Notes: generated by a model not told the origin, from the sequence alone. Numbered from the stretch's first letter, positions 49,531 through 61,458 are shown. The stretch is 64,000 nucleotides of DNA from an uncultured Hyphomicrobiales bacterium (GCA_964524325.1 CAZGCT010000001.1:172164-236163); one strand, 5' to 3'. Numbers and translations: made by a program.

Positions 49531-50211
49531 TTAGTGAATAAGATAAAACAAAGGGAACAAAAAAATCCAAATTAGATCGACAAGGTGCCAATATAATCCA
49601 GAGTTTTCGAGTTTGATATAATCCTCTTTGTTGATTTTATTTCTAGATAGGAAAACAAGCATAAATAGTAATATTATTGCACCAATAATTACGTGTAAAG
49701 CGTGGAGCCCAGTCATAGAATAATACATTCCGTAGAAAATAATCTCACCATTTGGCTTTGACAGTAACTCTGGGTTGTTCGGTGAAATTCCATGCTGAAA
49801 CTTTGCGCCCCACTCAAAATACTTAATGACAAGGAAGGCTAAAGCAAAAGCAATAGTCGAAATTAAGAAAAAAATTGAAAGAGTCTTTTTAGCTCTTTGG
49901 ATTGCTGCTATCGAAAGAGCCATAGTTAAACTACTTGTTAAAAGAATAATAGTATTTACCGTACCTAGAACAACATTCAGTTCTTGCCCTGCTATTATAA
50001 AGTCCTTTGTATATTGCAATCGATAAGACATATAAAGCAGAAATAATCCCCCAAATAAAAGCAATTCAGTAAATAAAAACAACCACATACCGATTTTGGC
50101 ACCAATAGCATCTTTGTGTTGATGTGGGTCAGAGATATGGTGGACACTCTTCTTAATTTGATTTTCGGAAAGTGCATTTGTTGTTTCAATTCTTTCCATC
50201 ATTTTTCTCAT
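49531..50211 (-). CDS. coxC: cytochrome c oxidase subunit III
   Basis: A roughly 200-aa, 5-TM protein adjacent to coxA with the subunit III-like hydrophobic pattern. Confidence 0.7.
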   Translation of the reverse strand: MRKMMERIETTNALSENQIKKSVHHISDPHQHKDAIGAKIGMWLFLFTELLLFGGLFLLYMSYRLQYTKDFIIAGQELNVVLGTVNTIILLTSSLTMALSIAAIQRAKKTLSIFFLISTIAFALAFLVIKYFEWGAKFQHGISPNNPELLSKPNGEIIFYGMYYSMTGLHALHVIIGAIILLFMLVFLSRNKINKEDYIKLENSGLYWHLVDLIWIFLFPLFYLIH

Positions 50212-51826
50212 TTATTTTTGAAAAATCGTAAGGTCCGTGATTAACTACTGGTATTGTTTTAAAATTTTCTGTCGGTGGGGGCGAGGGTATGGTCCATTCT
50301 AAAGTAACTCCTCCCCAAGGATTTGAATCGGATCTTTTTCCTTTAAAAAGTGAATAAATTAGATTGCCAAACATCATAGCAAGCCCAGCTATGAGTATCC
50401 ATGAACCAATTGTTGAAATTATGTGCAAGGTTTCGTATTCAGGAAGATAACTCCAATAACGGCGAGGCATTCCTAAGTAACCAAGAATAAACATTGTGAA
50501 ATATAGCATGTTGAAACCAATAAAGATAAATGGGGTAGACCAAATTGCTACTTTTTCATTATACATTTTTCCAAACATTTTTGGGAACCAGTAATGTAGA
50601 GCTGCAAATAAGATAATTGCTGTTCCTCCAAACATTACATAATGGAAATGTGCGACAACGAAGTAGGTGTCCGTTACGTGAATGTCTGTTGCTAATGAAC
50701 CTAAAACAAGTCCGGTTAGACCCCCAATAGAAAAAAGAAAAATGAACATCATTACGTAAATTAAAGGTGCACGCAGTTCTATAGAACCTTTGTAAAGAGT
50801 TGCTACCCAATTGAAAACTTTAACTCCGCTTGGAACAGCAACAAGAAATGTAAGCAAAGAAAATATCATTCTTGCGGTATCGCTGATACCAGAAGTGAAC
50901 ATATGATGAGCCCAAACAAAGTAACCAATTAGGGCAATCGAGAGCGAAGAGAAAGCTATAACCCTATATCCAAAAATAGTTCTACGAGCAAAAGTAGGAA
51001 TAATTTCAGATACGACTCCCATAGCAGGCAATATCATTATGTAAACTGCTGGATGTGAATAAATCCAGAAAAGATGCTGAAACAATAATGGGTCACCACC
51101 GAGTGCGGGGTCGAAAATACCAATTTGTAAAATCCTTTCAACTACAACAAGAAGAATGGTTATTCCTACTACTGGGGTGGCTACTACTTGAATCCAAGCA
51201 GTTGCATACAAAGCCCAGACAAACAAAGGCATCCTGAAAAATGTCATTCCAGGTGCTCGTAGTCGGTGTACCGTAGTAACAAAATTCAATCCAGTAAGAA
51301 TTGATGAGAAACCAAGAATGAAAGCCCCAAGCAATGGAAGAATAACATTTGTAGTTGTTCGAATGCTATACGGAACATAAAATGTCCATCCAGTATCGAT
51401 TGGGCCGCCTTGAAGAAATAAAGATATTATTGCAAAAAGTCCACCTAGGATGTATAGATACCAGGATAAAAGGTTAAGCCTCGGAAATGCAACATCCCGC
51501 GCTCCAATTTGTATTGGGAGGAAAAAGTTGCCAAAAATTGCAGGTATTCCTGGTATTATAAATAGAAAAATCATTATTACCCCGTGGAGGGTGAAAAAAG
51601 CATTGTATGTCTGTGCATCAATAATAGTTTGGTCTGGGGTAAGCATTTCGAGTTTCATCAGAAAGCCTAAAAAAACACCAACCCAGAAAAATGTGATCAT
51701 TGCTACAAGATAAAGTATACCAATTCTTTTGTGGTCTGTGCTCGAAAGCCACCCCAAAATTCCCTTCTTTGTTTCGTGTTGTGAAAGATAATTTTCAAGT
51801 GTTTCTGCAATAGTGCTATTAGCCAT
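50186..51826 (-). CDS. coxA: cytochrome c oxidase subunit I
   Basis: The heme-copper oxidase motifs WAHHMF, GHPEVY-like region and conserved His ligands are present. The protein is 546 aa. Confidence 0.9.
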   Translation of the reverse strand: MANSTIAETLENYLSQHETKKGILGWLSSTDHKRIGILYLVAMITFFWVGVFLGFLMKLEMLTPDQTIIDAQTYNAFFTLHGVIMIFLFIIPGIPAIFGNFFLPIQIGARDVAFPRLNLLSWYLYILGGLFAIISLFLQGGPIDTGWTFYVPYSIRTTTNVILPLLGAFILGFSSILTGLNFVTTVHRLRAPGMTFFRMPLFVWALYATAWIQVVATPVVGITILLVVVERILQIGIFDPALGGDPLLFQHLFWIYSHPAVYIMILPAMGVVSEIIPTFARRTIFGYRVIAFSSLSIALIGYFVWAHHMFTSGISDTARMIFSLLTFLVAVPSGVKVFNWVATLYKGSIELRAPLIYVMMFIFLFSIGGLTGLVLGSLATDIHVTDTYFVVAHFHYVMFGGTAIILFAALHYWFPKMFGKMYNEKVAIWSTPFIFIGFNMLYFTMFILGYLGMPRRYWSYLPEYETLHIISTIGSWILIAGLAMMFGNLIYSLFKGKRSDSNPWGGVTLEWTIPSPPPTENFKTIPVVNHGPYDFSKINEKNDGKN

Positions 51827-52595
51827 TTCTCACCTCTGAATTCTCTTTTTTCTTTTTAGAAATTAATATTACAAAAAATACAGCTAAGCCAAGTAGAATT
51901 AAAGTTCCAAAAACGCGTGTGAAATTGAACACATATGTTCTTCCGGTTGGGTCGTAGGAGTAACAAAATTTTAAAATGCGGTTAACTGTGGGCAATGGTA
52001 TTCCTTTGTCAGCTTCTAATAAAGCCATTTTAAAGTCGAACGGGTTAAACTCCGTTCCGAATAAATATCTTATTATTTTACCATCTGGGGAAATCGAATA
52101 CAATGCTGCACCGTGAATAAATTCTCCTTTGCCATCTGGCTTAAAGTAGAAACCTACAGATTTAGTTACTTTCATAATCGAAATACTATCGCCAACAAGA
52201 AATACCCAGCCATTTTTATCGATTTTCCGCTTAAGGCCTTTTATGTGGTTTTCTTTCCACTTTTTTGCCTTATCGTATGTTTCTGTATGATCAAAACTTA
52301 TAGTAACAAGTTGGTAGTCTTTACCGGGTATTAGATCTGTTTTATCAACTACCTCTGAGATACCAGTTAAAAGTGGACTACAAATTCCAGGGCAGTGATA
52401 ATAAACAAACATTAGTATTGTGGGTTTATTGATCAAGTCCCAAAGTTTAATTTGCTTTCCCTCTTCATTGGTAAATGAAAGATCCAGTGGGATTTTGTTG
52501 CCTAATTTTTCTACAATACCTACTTCGGGTTCTTTAATGCTTTTCAAAACCGAAGCAACAAGAAAAAATGCAAGAATAAGTAATATCCTTTTCAT
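51819..52595 (-). CDS. sco: SCO1/SenC copper chaperone
   Basis: A thioredoxin-like fold with the CPGIC motif and a downstream His is present. Confidence 0.8.
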   Translation of the reverse strand: MKRILLILAFFLVASVLKSIKEPEVGIVEKLGNKIPLDLSFTNEEGKQIKLWDLINKPTILMFVYYHCPGICSPLLTGISEVVDKTDLIPGKDYQLVTISFDHTETYDKAKKWKENHIKGLKRKIDKNGWVFLVGDSISIMKVTKSVGFYFKPDGKGEFIHGAALYSISPDGKIIRYLFGTEFNPFDFKMALLEADKGIPLPTVNRILKFCYSYDPTGRTYVFNFTRVFGTLILLGLAVFFVILISKKKKENSEVRNG

Positions 52596-52606
52596 AACTC
52601 TCTATT

Positions 52607-53512
52607 TCAATTTAGTGTTAGAATTTTATCAATGAATTGTTTTTTCTCTTGTTCACTTGAATAAATAAATTTAGGTGAAATACCATTAAGCGGAAATGTA
52701 GAAATAATTAAATCTTCTATGTTCTTGGAGTCTTTTCTGGCATTTATCAGAAAGTGGGTAAATTTGTCTAAATCCTTAATGAATTTTTTTAAATTTTCAT
52801 CATTGAGAGCCAAAGATATTGAATTTGTTTTTCCAAGAAATTGTTCATTTTCTTTTAAAATTTTGTCTATTGCTTTTGTTATTGGTATTGTTGGGGGAAG
52901 TTCATAAGTTTGTGTTACTTTGTAGGTTGTTTCCAAATCGGCAATATCCTTTTCTGAAATTTCAACAGAATCGGTATAAAACTTATTAATTTTGTGAAAC
53001 AAAGCGATTTTTTCCTTTGTAGAAAGATAGCTATAAGAGACCATGCTTGAACCTATTATTCCTTCTTGCAAGGTCTTATAAACTTGTGTGATTGTTCTTC
53101 CATTTTTCCAACCTTCTTTAGATTTGAAATTCCTTGGAGAGGGATTTAACCCCATACTTGCTAATCCATTTCCTTCCCCAGTTTCGCCGTGGCAGGAAGA
53201 GCAAGTAGTCCGATAAATTTCCTCTCCCCTCTTTATCATATCAATTGGAGGTTTGATTATTTCCTCTACTTTTATACCTTCTATTTTTCTTCCAAGCGAA
53301 AGCTCGACCTCTTTGAATTGTTTGGTTGTATCAATTTCGTCGTGGGGGGTGGTGTTCCTATAAAAATGGTCAATTTGGTCAAGGTAAGCTAAACTTATGC
53401 CAAAAATCGAAAGGAAGATAATTATAAATGAATATCCAACCCACCTTTTAGGGTCCTTAAAAACCTCTTTAAAGTTAATTTCATCATAAAAATAATCAAA
53501 TAATTTTTTCAT
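52607..53512 (-). CDS. membrane-anchored monoheme cytochrome c
   Basis: An N-terminal TM helix and a single CSSCH motif with Met downstream are present. The gene lies between actF and sco. Confidence 0.7.
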   Translation of the reverse strand: MKKLFDYFYDEINFKEVFKDPKRWVGYSFIIIFLSIFGISLAYLDQIDHFYRNTTPHDEIDTTKQFKEVELSLGRKIEGIKVEEIIKPPIDMIKRGEEIYRTTCSSCHGETGEGNGLASMGLNPSPRNFKSKEGWKNGRTITQVYKTLQEGIIGSSMVSYSYLSTKEKIALFHKINKFYTDSVEISEKDIADLETTYKVTQTYELPPTIPITKAIDKILKENEQFLGKTNSISLALNDENLKKFIKDLDKFTHFLINARKDSKNIEDLIISTFPLNGISPKFIYSSEQEKKQFIDKILTLN

Positions 53513-53588
53513 TTTATGCTGCCCAAATTTTAATTTAGTTTCTTCTAATAAAGCAAATACGATATTTTTAAAAAATATTGTTAAGATT

Positions 53589-54782
53589 TTATAAATGAAA
53601 CTCTACACCTCTTTTGAGTTTTGGGTCGCCTATAGGTACGAGGTTTATCTTTTTTGCAAAGAGGTAAAAAGATGTTAGCAACAAACCAAACCCAAAAATT
53701 ATCGTAACTACTTCAAACCAATTGAAGGGTATTGATTGCTTTGAGTAAGTTGGCATAACAATCCAGAACAAGTCGTAGTAATGAGAAAAAAGTATCCAAA
53801 TAGAGGCGATTTTAAGCCTTCTTGCATCCATTTTTGCTGGTTGGGGTAACAAAAATATATAGGGTACCACAAACTTAACGAAAATAATACCGATGGAGAC
53901 ATACAGCCAGGAACCAGTGCCCCGATCTATAAACCAAAAAGTTTCTTCTGGCAAATTAGCATACCAAATCAACATAAATTGACTGAAAGCAATGTATGCC
54001 CAGAAATTGGTGAACGCGAAAAGAAGAGCTCCCATGCTATAATAATGGTCTGGACCTAATCCTTGTACTAAGTACCCCTTTTCGTTCAACATTATTGAAA
54101 ACAATGTAAAAACACTTAAAGAAGCAAGAAAAGTTCCAGCAAAATAATATACACCAAAAATAGTTGAATACCAATGAGGTTCCAGGCTCATTAGAAAGTC
54201 TATGGCGAATATTGTTAAGGTTACAGCGAAGATTGGCATAAATATAGCGGAGACAGTTATATTTTTCTTAGTGAAATTTTGACTTGGATTTACATCCTGA
54301 CTCCGAGAAAACCTGGTTATTAAGTAATAGAATAAATACCATAAAAGTAAAATTATGATAGTTCTAATAATAAAGAAATTTTCGTTTAAGTAAGGTGCTT
54401 TTCCTTTTAATATTTTGTCGGCTTGAACAGCTTCGTAATGCGACCAATGAAAAAGGGAATGAATATTAAGAATTATTGGAATAATCAAAACTGGCAAAAA
54501 CAAAATAACCGATGCATTGATTTCTGCTACTCTCCTAAATGGTACACTCCACACTGCTCCAGTAAGATATTCAATACCAATAAAGAATAATGAACCTACA
54601 CCAATGCTTGCTATCCACGCGGTTAGAATAACTAAATTGAAAGAAATTCTAGCTGGATTGAATATAAAACCGAGAATTATTCCCAACAATCCAATAGCAA
54701 ACAGCAAAAAGCCAAGCTTGAAGATTTTTTGGGGAATTTCTTTTTTCTCGTAAATAACATCAATTTTGGCATTTTCTATCAT
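53589..54782 (-). CDS. actF: alternative complex III subunit ActF (NrfD/PsrC-like membrane subunit)
   Basis: The protein has about 10 TM helices in a polysulfide-reductase-like membrane fold. The start is set at the ATG overlapping the actDE stop (ATGA). The ORF track extends to 54935. Confidence 0.7.
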   Translation of the reverse strand: MIENAKIDVIYEKKEIPQKIFKLGFLLFAIGLLGIILGFIFNPARISFNLVILTAWIASIGVGSLFFIGIEYLTGAVWSVPFRRVAEINASVILFLPVLIIPIILNIHSLFHWSHYEAVQADKILKGKAPYLNENFFIIRTIIILLLWYLFYYLITRFSRSQDVNPSQNFTKKNITVSAIFMPIFAVTLTIFAIDFLMSLEPHWYSTIFGVYYFAGTFLASLSVFTLFSIMLNEKGYLVQGLGPDHYYSMGALLFAFTNFWAYIAFSQFMLIWYANLPEETFWFIDRGTGSWLYVSIGIIFVKFVVPYIFLLPQPAKMDARRLKIASIWILFSHYYDLFWIVMPTYSKQSIPFNWFEVVTIIFGFGLLLTSFYLFAKKINLVPIGDPKLKRGVEFHL

Positions 54783-55918
54783 TGAGTATCCTCCTGTTTT
54801 GCATTTAAAGATCGCTGCAAGGCTCTTATGTAGAGAACGATAGCCCAACGTTCTTCCTCGGTTAGTTGTTTGGAATAGGATGGCATAATATTTTGCCCTT
54901 CCACAATCACATGATATATACGACCGTCGCTCCAATTTCGAACTTTATCGGTATGGATGCTTGGGGGATTCGGGAATTGCCCATTTAAACGACTATCTCC
55001 TTCCCCGCGCCACCCATGGCAGGGGCTGCAGAAAGTGTTATATTTATCTTTGCCAAGTTTTAAATTAGCTTCTGTGTACATTAATGGATTAATTAATTTT
55101 GCACCAGCTTCATCAGGTTTGCCTTTGAAAGGATAGAAAATGTCTCCACGGCTAACGGTTCCTGCAACTGGTTTTCGCATTCCAAAACCATCGGCAAAGA
55201 AATTAGAGCTTTCTTGAGGGTTCAATTTAAATTGGTTCAACATAAAGTCGAATGGTGGCAAATACAGAATTTTATTGTTGAATAAATAACCAATAGTCGA
55301 AGTTAGAGAAGCAATGAAAACAAGAAAGACAATGAATTTCCAACTGAAAACTTTAGGTTTGAAACTTAGTTCGTTTTCTTGATATTCAATATCTAATATT
55401 TCGTCCGCCTCAAATTCTTTAAATAGCCTATGAACTTCTTCGTAGCTAAATTTCGGGTCTTTTTCTTCGATAATTAAGCCACAATAGTCGGTTGAGATTA
55501 GCTGCATGTAACGTGTGTCGTTTAAAGGATGTCGATTGTTTGGAAATTTAAAGATGATGAAAAGCATTACAATCGCTGTTCCTACGGACGCAAGCAAAAC
55601 TGTAACTTCAAAAATTACTGGTACAAAAGCTGGGAAGGAGAACCAAGGTTTCCCACCAATGATAAGTGGATAGTCCACCGACATGGTCCACCATGTCAGA
55701 AGAATTGCAGAAAAGGTACCAGTGAGCCCTAAAATCAATGCAACATAACCTAAAGGGGACCATTTTAAACGCATTATTTTGGGAATACCATGGAGGGGAT
55801 AGGAGGAATGAACATCCCATTTTTTGTAACCCAACTCCACAACTTTTTTTGCAAGTTTTACTAACTTGTTAGGGTCTTTGTAAAGAGCACCAATGGCAAA
55901 AAGTTTCTTTTCTTCCAT
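54779..55918 (-). CDS. actDE: alternative complex III ActD-ActE fusion (membrane DUF3341-like domain + monoheme cytochrome c)
   Basis: An N-terminal ActD-like segment of about 170 aa with TM helices is followed by a C-terminal CSPCH monoheme domain. Confidence 0.6.
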   Translation of the reverse strand: MEEKKLFAIGALYKDPNKLVKLAKKVVELGYKKWDVHSSYPLHGIPKIMRLKWSPLGYVALILGLTGTFSAILLTWWTMSVDYPLIIGGKPWFSFPAFVPVIFEVTVLLASVGTAIVMLFIIFKFPNNRHPLNDTRYMQLISTDYCGLIIEEKDPKFSYEEVHRLFKEFEADEILDIEYQENELSFKPKVFSWKFIVFLVFIASLTSTIGYLFNNKILYLPPFDFMLNQFKLNPQESSNFFADGFGMRKPVAGTVSRGDIFYPFKGKPDEAGAKLINPLMYTEANLKLGKDKYNTFCSPCHGWRGEGDSRLNGQFPNPPSIHTDKVRNWSDGRIYHVIVEGQNIMPSYSKQLTEEERWAIVLYIRALQRSLNAKQEDTQ

Positions 55919-55925
55919 TTTGACC

Positions 55926-57287
55926 TCAATGATGTTTGGGTTGTGAATTTGGAAGCACGGCTTTTACTTCCGAAATGGATACTACTGGTAATGTGCGGAT
56001 AAATAAGATTACTAATGTAAAAAATAACCCGAAGCTACCGATTAGTATTCCTAAATCATATAAAGTTGGTTTGAAATAGTCCCAACTTGTGGGAAGAAAG
56101 TCTCGGGAAGTTGTTGTAACAACAATCACAAAACGTTCGAACCACATCCCTACATTTACCAAAACACCAATTATGAACATTGGAATGATACTTCTTCTTA
56201 TTTTTTTAATCCAGAAAAGTTGAGTGAATATCACATTGCAAGAAACCATTATCCAATAAGCCCAAGCATAATTGCCAAACGCTCTATTAATAAAGACAAA
56301 AGATTCAAGAGGATTACCACTATACCATGCGATAAAGAATTCCATCCCGTAGGCATACCCAACCATTAAACCAGTTGCAATCATAACTTTGTTCATTTTT
56401 TCGAGTGTGTCTATAGTAATAATGTGCTCCAAATCGAAGATTTTGCGAATTACAATCAAAACATTTTGAACCATTGCAAAGCCAGAAAAAACTGCTCCAG
56501 CTACAAAATAAGGTGGGAAAATTGTTGTGTGCCAACCGGGTAGGATCGAAACTGCAAAGTCGAAACTAACTATTGTATGTACCGAAAGCACTAAAGGAGT
56601 TGCAAAGCCAGCAAGGACAAGATACATCATTTCGTAATGATTCCAATGTTTATTGGAGTGTCTCCATCCAAGGCTAAAAATGGAGTAAATTATTTTCTTG
56701 ATTTTGTTTTTTGTTCTGTCCCTTAACATTGCAAGGTCGGGAATTAATCCAATATACCAAAATACGAATGATACAGTAAGATAAGTCGAGACTGCGAAAA
56801 CGTCCCAAATTAATGGAGAAGTAAAGTTAACCCAAAGATGGTGTTGGTTGGGCAGGGGGAAAAGATACCCATCGAGCCAAGGGCGACCTGTGTGGATTAA
56901 CGGAAAAAGCCCAGCAGTCATAACCGCAAATATTGTCATTGCTTCTGCGAATCGAGCGATACCCGTTCGCCACCTTTGTCGAAAGAGGAACAAAATAGCT
57001 GAAATCAATGTTCCTGCATGTCCTATTCCTACCCAAAAAACAAAGTTTACAATGTCGAAAGCCCAACCAATTGGTTGATTAATTCCCCAAAGGCCTAACC
57101 CATAGTAAAAAGTAAAACCAAGACATATAGCACCAACTAAAAGCATCGACACCGAAATACCAAGTGCCAGATAGTATTTCCATGTTGGTTTAGTTTCAAG
57201 AGGCCGTGCAATCGAATCGTATATTTGTGCTTGAGTTGGGGTGCCCTCGACAACTGTAGGTTCAATTGAATAGTCGATTTGATTCAC
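55926..57287 (-). CDS. actC: alternative complex III subunit ActC (NrfD/PsrC-like quinol-binding membrane subunit)
   Basis: A 10-TM polysulfide-reductase-like protein lying directly downstream of actB. Confidence 0.75.
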   Translation of the reverse strand: MNQIDYSIEPTVVEGTPTQAQIYDSIARPLETKPTWKYYLALGISVSMLLVGAICLGFTFYYGLGLWGINQPIGWAFDIVNFVFWVGIGHAGTLISAILFLFRQRWRTGIARFAEAMTIFAVMTAGLFPLIHTGRPWLDGYLFPLPNQHHLWVNFTSPLIWDVFAVSTYLTVSFVFWYIGLIPDLAMLRDRTKNKIKKIIYSIFSLGWRHSNKHWNHYEMMYLVLAGFATPLVLSVHTIVSFDFAVSILPGWHTTIFPPYFVAGAVFSGFAMVQNVLIVIRKIFDLEHIITIDTLEKMNKVMIATGLMVGYAYGMEFFIAWYSGNPLESFVFINRAFGNYAWAYWIMVSCNVIFTQLFWIKKIRRSIIPMFIIGVLVNVGMWFERFVIVVTTTSRDFLPTSWDYFKPTLYDLGILIGSFGLFFTLVILFIRTLPVVSISEVKAVLPNSQPKHH

Positions 57288-60200
57288 GCTTTATCCTCCT
57301 TTGTTTTATTTCGCAATTTGGCAATATAGGTTACGTTTGGCTTAACATTTAACTCTTCGAGTACATAATAACCGAGCTTATGATTACGCCATTTATAGAT
57401 ATCTGAATCTTTATCGTTGACATTTCCAAAGATAATAGCTTCTGCTGGACAAGCTTCTTGGCAAGCAGTTTTAACTTCGCTTCCTTTGAATTCGCGCCCT
57501 TCGGTTTGGGCTTTGTGTCTTGCGTCAGTAATTCTTTGAATGCAAAAAGTGCATTTTTCCATTACCCCGCGGGAGCGAACAGTAACTTCCGGATTATTTA
57601 GCAATTTGAGAGAATCTTGGTAAAAATAACCATTAGCAAAATGATTTCTAAAATCAAAGAAGTTGAATCTTCGGACTTTATAAGGGCAGTTGTTAGAACA
57701 ATACCTGGTACCAACACAGCGGTTGTAAATCATTTGATTTAATCCATCTGGACTATGGTTTGTGGCAACAACTGGACAAACATTCTCGCACGGTGCGTCG
57801 TCGCAATGTTGGCATAACATTGGTTGCAAACTTACCTCTGGATTATCTGGTGTTCCACTGAAATAGGTATCGATTCGTATCCATTGCATTTCGCGTCCTC
57901 GAATTACTTGATCCTTACCAACAACTGGAACATTGTTTTCCACATTGCAGGCGCTTATGCATGCTCCACAACCAGTACACTTGTTTAAATCTATTGCCAT
58001 TGCCCATTTAACGCCATGATATTGTATTTCAGGTATAATCGTGAGTTTTTGCTTTGCCTTGTGGATTTCAAACCTATCGTTTATGAAATCTTCGACCGTG
58101 CTCTCCTGAATAATATGACGAGATTTATGTAAATCTTTCACAAAAGTATCATTTAATGAATGATGTTCAACAGTGCTGGCAAATTTGTAATATCGATTTA
58201 GTTTAGTGACTTTTATATCTGATAATACCAATCCATTTTTGTAATCCTCTTTTGAAAGTAGTTGTAAGGGGTCGAAGCCAACATCTTTACCGATGGGGCC
58301 TGCATTTGTTCGCCCAAAACCTGCTTCGATAGTTAAAGTTTTTTCAGCTAACCCAGGAAGTACGAAAATAGGTGCTTCTAATGAATTGTTCTTATGTTCA
58401 ATTTTTACGAAATCACCAGTTTTTAGGTTCAGCTTATTTGCTTCGTTTTCTGAAATGGCAATGTAATTGTCCCAAGTAACTTTAGAAATTGGATGTGGTA
58501 ATTCAACCAACCAAGCATTATTCAAAAATTTTCCATCCCAAACAAAATAAGGCTTTTTAATTAGGATTGTCCATTTGCTTTCATTTTTTTTGAAATTTAA
58601 TTCTTTTAATTTTGAAAAGTCAGCATTGGGTTTAATAAATTCTTTCGATGGGAAGGAGAAAACACCGTCGTGTAGCACAGAAAACCAAAATTGTTCAAAG
58701 GGTACACCTACCTTGGTTTTTGGAAAAACTTCTGTTTCCCAAAACTTTTTTAAGTATTCGTGAAAATTATTGTTCCTCAACTTTCCATCAACGAGAGCCA
58801 GCATTATGCTTTCCTTTTGATAGGTTCCGTAGATGGGTTCTATAACCGGTTGAGAGAGTGAATAAATTGATTCTCCATCAAAGAAATCTCCCCAGCTTTC
58901 AAAATTGTGATTTATTGGGACTATATGATTGGAAAGCAGTGCAGTTTCGGTTTCACTTTCAACAAAAGCAAAAACATTTGGGACTTTTTCCATTCCTTTT
59001 GCCAGTTCGAAATCTCTTGGTAAATGGAAGACTGGGTTGCAATCCAAAATAATCAGGGTTCCTACTTTTCCAGATAATAATGAACTGGACAAGGAAGCCA
59101 GATCTTCAAATGTAGATTTTGGGATTGAAGGTTTCGGTTTATTTCTAAATAAATTGTGATTGCTTAAAATTTCGTTTAGCAAGTTGCATAGGTAATGAAT
59201 TGTATAAGGTTGAAGATCTCCAGCAAAAACAATTGAATTGCTTTGGCTACTGATTAAATCTTTTACAATCTGTTTAAGCAAATCGATTGAAATATTATTG
59301 GAATTTGCGAACTGCTCTAAATTGAAATTTGAAAATTTTTCGCGTAAGAGTGACATTGGAATACTTAAATTTGAAAGCTTTTCTGCATGCTTGGTTATGA
59401 TTTCATTAATTATGGAGGCAATCAAGTATTCATATTGACTTGGATGTAGTGGGATCCTGTAATCAGCGTTAGCACCCGTTAATGTAAAATCCGACTCTAC
59501 AGCATAGAATCTGCTAAAATTATGTATATCATTTACGTTCCTTTTTGATGCAAATTCTCTTATGTTTCGAACAATGTTGCCCTCGTTGCCAAGAAAATTG
59601 CTTTCTATGGAAACAATAACTTTTGCTTTGGTTAGGTCATAATCCAAGAGATTTGTATTCGGGTAAAAGTCAATCAAAGCTTTTTCTTTTGAATAGTTTT
59701 CCAGAAACTCGTAAGTGAAGATTTTAGTATTTGGGTATTTTTCTTTGAATTGCGATAATATCTTGGCAAAAGAGGGGGAGTAAATATGCTTCGAAATAAT
59801 TGCAATTTCTTTTCTTTCATTAACGCTATTGTTTAATACAGTCAACAATGTAGAAAAAATATTTGGAAAATCGGTTTTTTCCCACTTGCCATTTCTTTTT
59901 ATTAATGGTGTTTTGTATCTCTCCGGATCGTAAAGATTAAGAATTGTAGCTTGCCCAATGGAGCAAATTTTACCTTTATTGACAGGATGGTCTGGGTTTC
60001 CATCGACTTTAATAGGTCTTCCTTCACGTGTTTTGATTAGAATTCCACAATGATTCGGGCAACCCATGCAAGTCGAAGAATAATAATTTGCTTTGCCAGG
60101 AAGAACATTTTCTGGTTTTTGATTGTACGGAACAATATCGCCTTTATTACGATAATCTTTACAAGCAGTTGAAGTGAAAGCGAGGGTTGCTGCTGAAATT

Positions 60201-60346
60201 GCAAGAAATTTTCGTCTCGAAATACCATTCAGGTGGTTAACGTTAAATTCTTCTTTAACATCATATTGAAATTCTGTTTCTTTTAGTGTTTGAGACTTTT
60301 CAGGATTTTTTAATTCATCAAAACTCTTCCAATATTTTTTTATCAT
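57284..60346 (-). CDS. actB: alternative complex III subunit ActB (molybdopterin-oxidoreductase-like domain fused to 4Fe-4S ferredoxin domain)
   Basis: The Tat signal [13 protein letters not shown] is present. Fe-S motifs include [25 protein letters not shown] and CSNNCPY. The start is set at [12 protein letters not shown]. Confidence 0.85.
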   Translation of the reverse strand: MIKKYWKSFDELKNPEKSQTLKETEFQYDVKEEFNVNHLNGISRRKFLAISAATLAFTSTACKDYRNKGDIVPYNQKPENVLPGKANYYSSTCMGCPNHCGILIKTREGRPIKVDGNPDHPVNKGKICSIGQATILNLYDPERYKTPLIKRNGKWEKTDFPNIFSTLLTVLNNSVNERKEIAIISKHIYSPSFAKILSQFKEKYPNTKIFTYEFLENYSKEKALIDFYPNTNLLDYDLTKAKVIVSIESNFLGNEGNIVRNIREFASKRNVNDIHNFSRFYAVESDFTLTGANADYRIPLHPSQYEYLIASIINEIITKHAEKLSNLSIPMSLLREKFSNFNLEQFANSNNISIDLLKQIVKDLISSQSNSIVFAGDLQPYTIHYLCNLLNEILSNHNLFRNKPKPSIPKSTFEDLASLSSSLLSGKVGTLIILDCNPVFHLPRDFELAKGMEKVPNVFAFVESETETALLSNHIVPINHNFESWGDFFDGESIYSLSQPVIEPIYGTYQKESIMLALVDGKLRNNNFHEYLKKFWETEVFPKTKVGVPFEQFWFSVLHDGVFSFPSKEFIKPNADFSKLKELNFKKNESKWTILIKKPYFVWDGKFLNNAWLVELPHPISKVTWDNYIAISENEANKLNLKTGDFVKIEHKNNSLEAPIFVLPGLAEKTLTIEAGFGRTNAGPIGKDVGFDPLQLLSKEDYKNGLVLSDIKVTKLNRYYKFASTVEHHSLNDTFVKDLHKSRHIIQESTVEDFINDRFEIHKAKQKLTIIPEIQYHGVKWAMAIDLNKCTGCGACISACNVENNVPVVGKDQVIRGREMQWIRIDTYFSGTPDNPEVSLQPMLCQHCDDAPCENVCPVVATNHSPDGLNQMIYNRCVGTRYCSNNCPYKVRRFNFFDFRNHFANGYFYQDSLKLLNNPEVTVRSRGVMEKCTFCIQRITDARHKAQTEGREFKGSEVKTACQEACPAEAIIFGNVNDKDSDIYKWRNHKLGYYVLEELNVKPNVTYIAKLRNKTKEDKA

Positions 60347-60507
60347 GGTAAACCTATTTTTTATCAACAAATGTTTTATACAAATGCACACAAAAAGCGG
60401 ATTCTCTTTCCAGAGTTCTTCTTTAGTGAAACTAAGGGGAAATGCATTCCTAGTTTGGTGGTTTCAAAAATAATTGGCGAAAAGGTTAAATTCTTCATAT
60501 TCAGATT

Positions 60508-61080
60508 TTACCTATGACAAGCTCCGCAAAAATCTGGACCATTATTAATTTTATCTTTCAGCTCAGGCATTTTTTGGTGTGCATTTCTATGGCAATCCAA
60601 GCATGCACCCATTGTGAGTCTATGTACTTGTTGAATCTTGTCCATCTTTGCTACGTCACCGTGACAATGCTTACAATCAATTCCTTTTTGAACGTGGACG
60701 GCATGATTAAAGTAGGCAAAGTCTCCAAGTCTGTGAACACGATTCCATTTAATTGGTCGTTCGTCAGCAAAAAATTGTGCAAGTTTGATTATTTCGGGTT
60801 TGTCTTTTCTTGCAACAGAATGGCAATTCATACAAATATCTGTAGATGGGATTGTTGCAAATCTTCCTTTATCAACGCCGATATGGCAGTATTTACAATC
60901 AATTTGCATATTCCCGGCGTGAAGTTTGTGGGAAAAAGTAATAGGTTGGTTTGGTGAATACCCAACTCCATCACGCTCTGGTCTCGATACAAAAAAAGTT
61001 ACAAAATATGCCACAAGAACAACAAAAACTGTAATTGGCAGGCGAACTTTTAAAATGTAATCAAGCTGAGACTTTTGCAC
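60508..61080 (-). CDS. actA: alternative complex III subunit ActA (pentaheme cytochrome c)
   Basis: An N-terminal TM helix is followed by five CxxCH motifs. Confidence 0.8.
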   Translation of the reverse strand: MQKSQLDYILKVRLPITVFVVLVAYFVTFFVSRPERDGVGYSPNQPITFSHKLHAGNMQIDCKYCHIGVDKGRFATIPSTDICMNCHSVARKDKPEIIKLAQFFADERPIKWNRVHRLGDFAYFNHAVHVQKGIDCKHCHGDVAKMDKIQQVHRLTMGACLDCHRNAHQKMPELKDKINNGPDFCGACHR

Positions 61081-61277
61081 AATTTACTCCATATTAATAA
61101 AGAAAAAAACAATATAAATAAACAAAAATATGAAAAAAAAAATTTTTTTAAAAAAATTATAAATCAACAGGTATCCAATTGCACAACAAAGGGTTAAAAA
61201 ATGAAAATGATACTAGTATAAACTAAAATTTATTTTAGTTGTTTTTACTTTTGTTTAAAGTTCAATTTAAAATATAA

Positions 61278-61315
61278 ATATCCCTCTATTTGATAGTTCG
61301 AGAACTGGAGGGTAT
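61278..61315 (-). terminator. hairpin ATATCCCTC ... GAGGGTAT with T-rich tail downstream of the lipoprotein gene and upstream of the actA promoter region
   Basis: An inverted repeat of 8-9 bp with a loop of about 22 nt. The minus-strand tail reads TTATATTTTAAATTG. Confidence 0.35.
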
Positions 61316-61458
61316 TATAAATTTATCGTAACTCTGTTTTTTTATTGCTTTTCTTAACCACCTTATAAAAAGTTTCTGTCATGTGCATTAGGAAAATTAA
61401 TTTAATCTTTTTTCTGAACAGGATTTTTAGGTTAAGAGTAAGTTAATGTTATTTGAAA

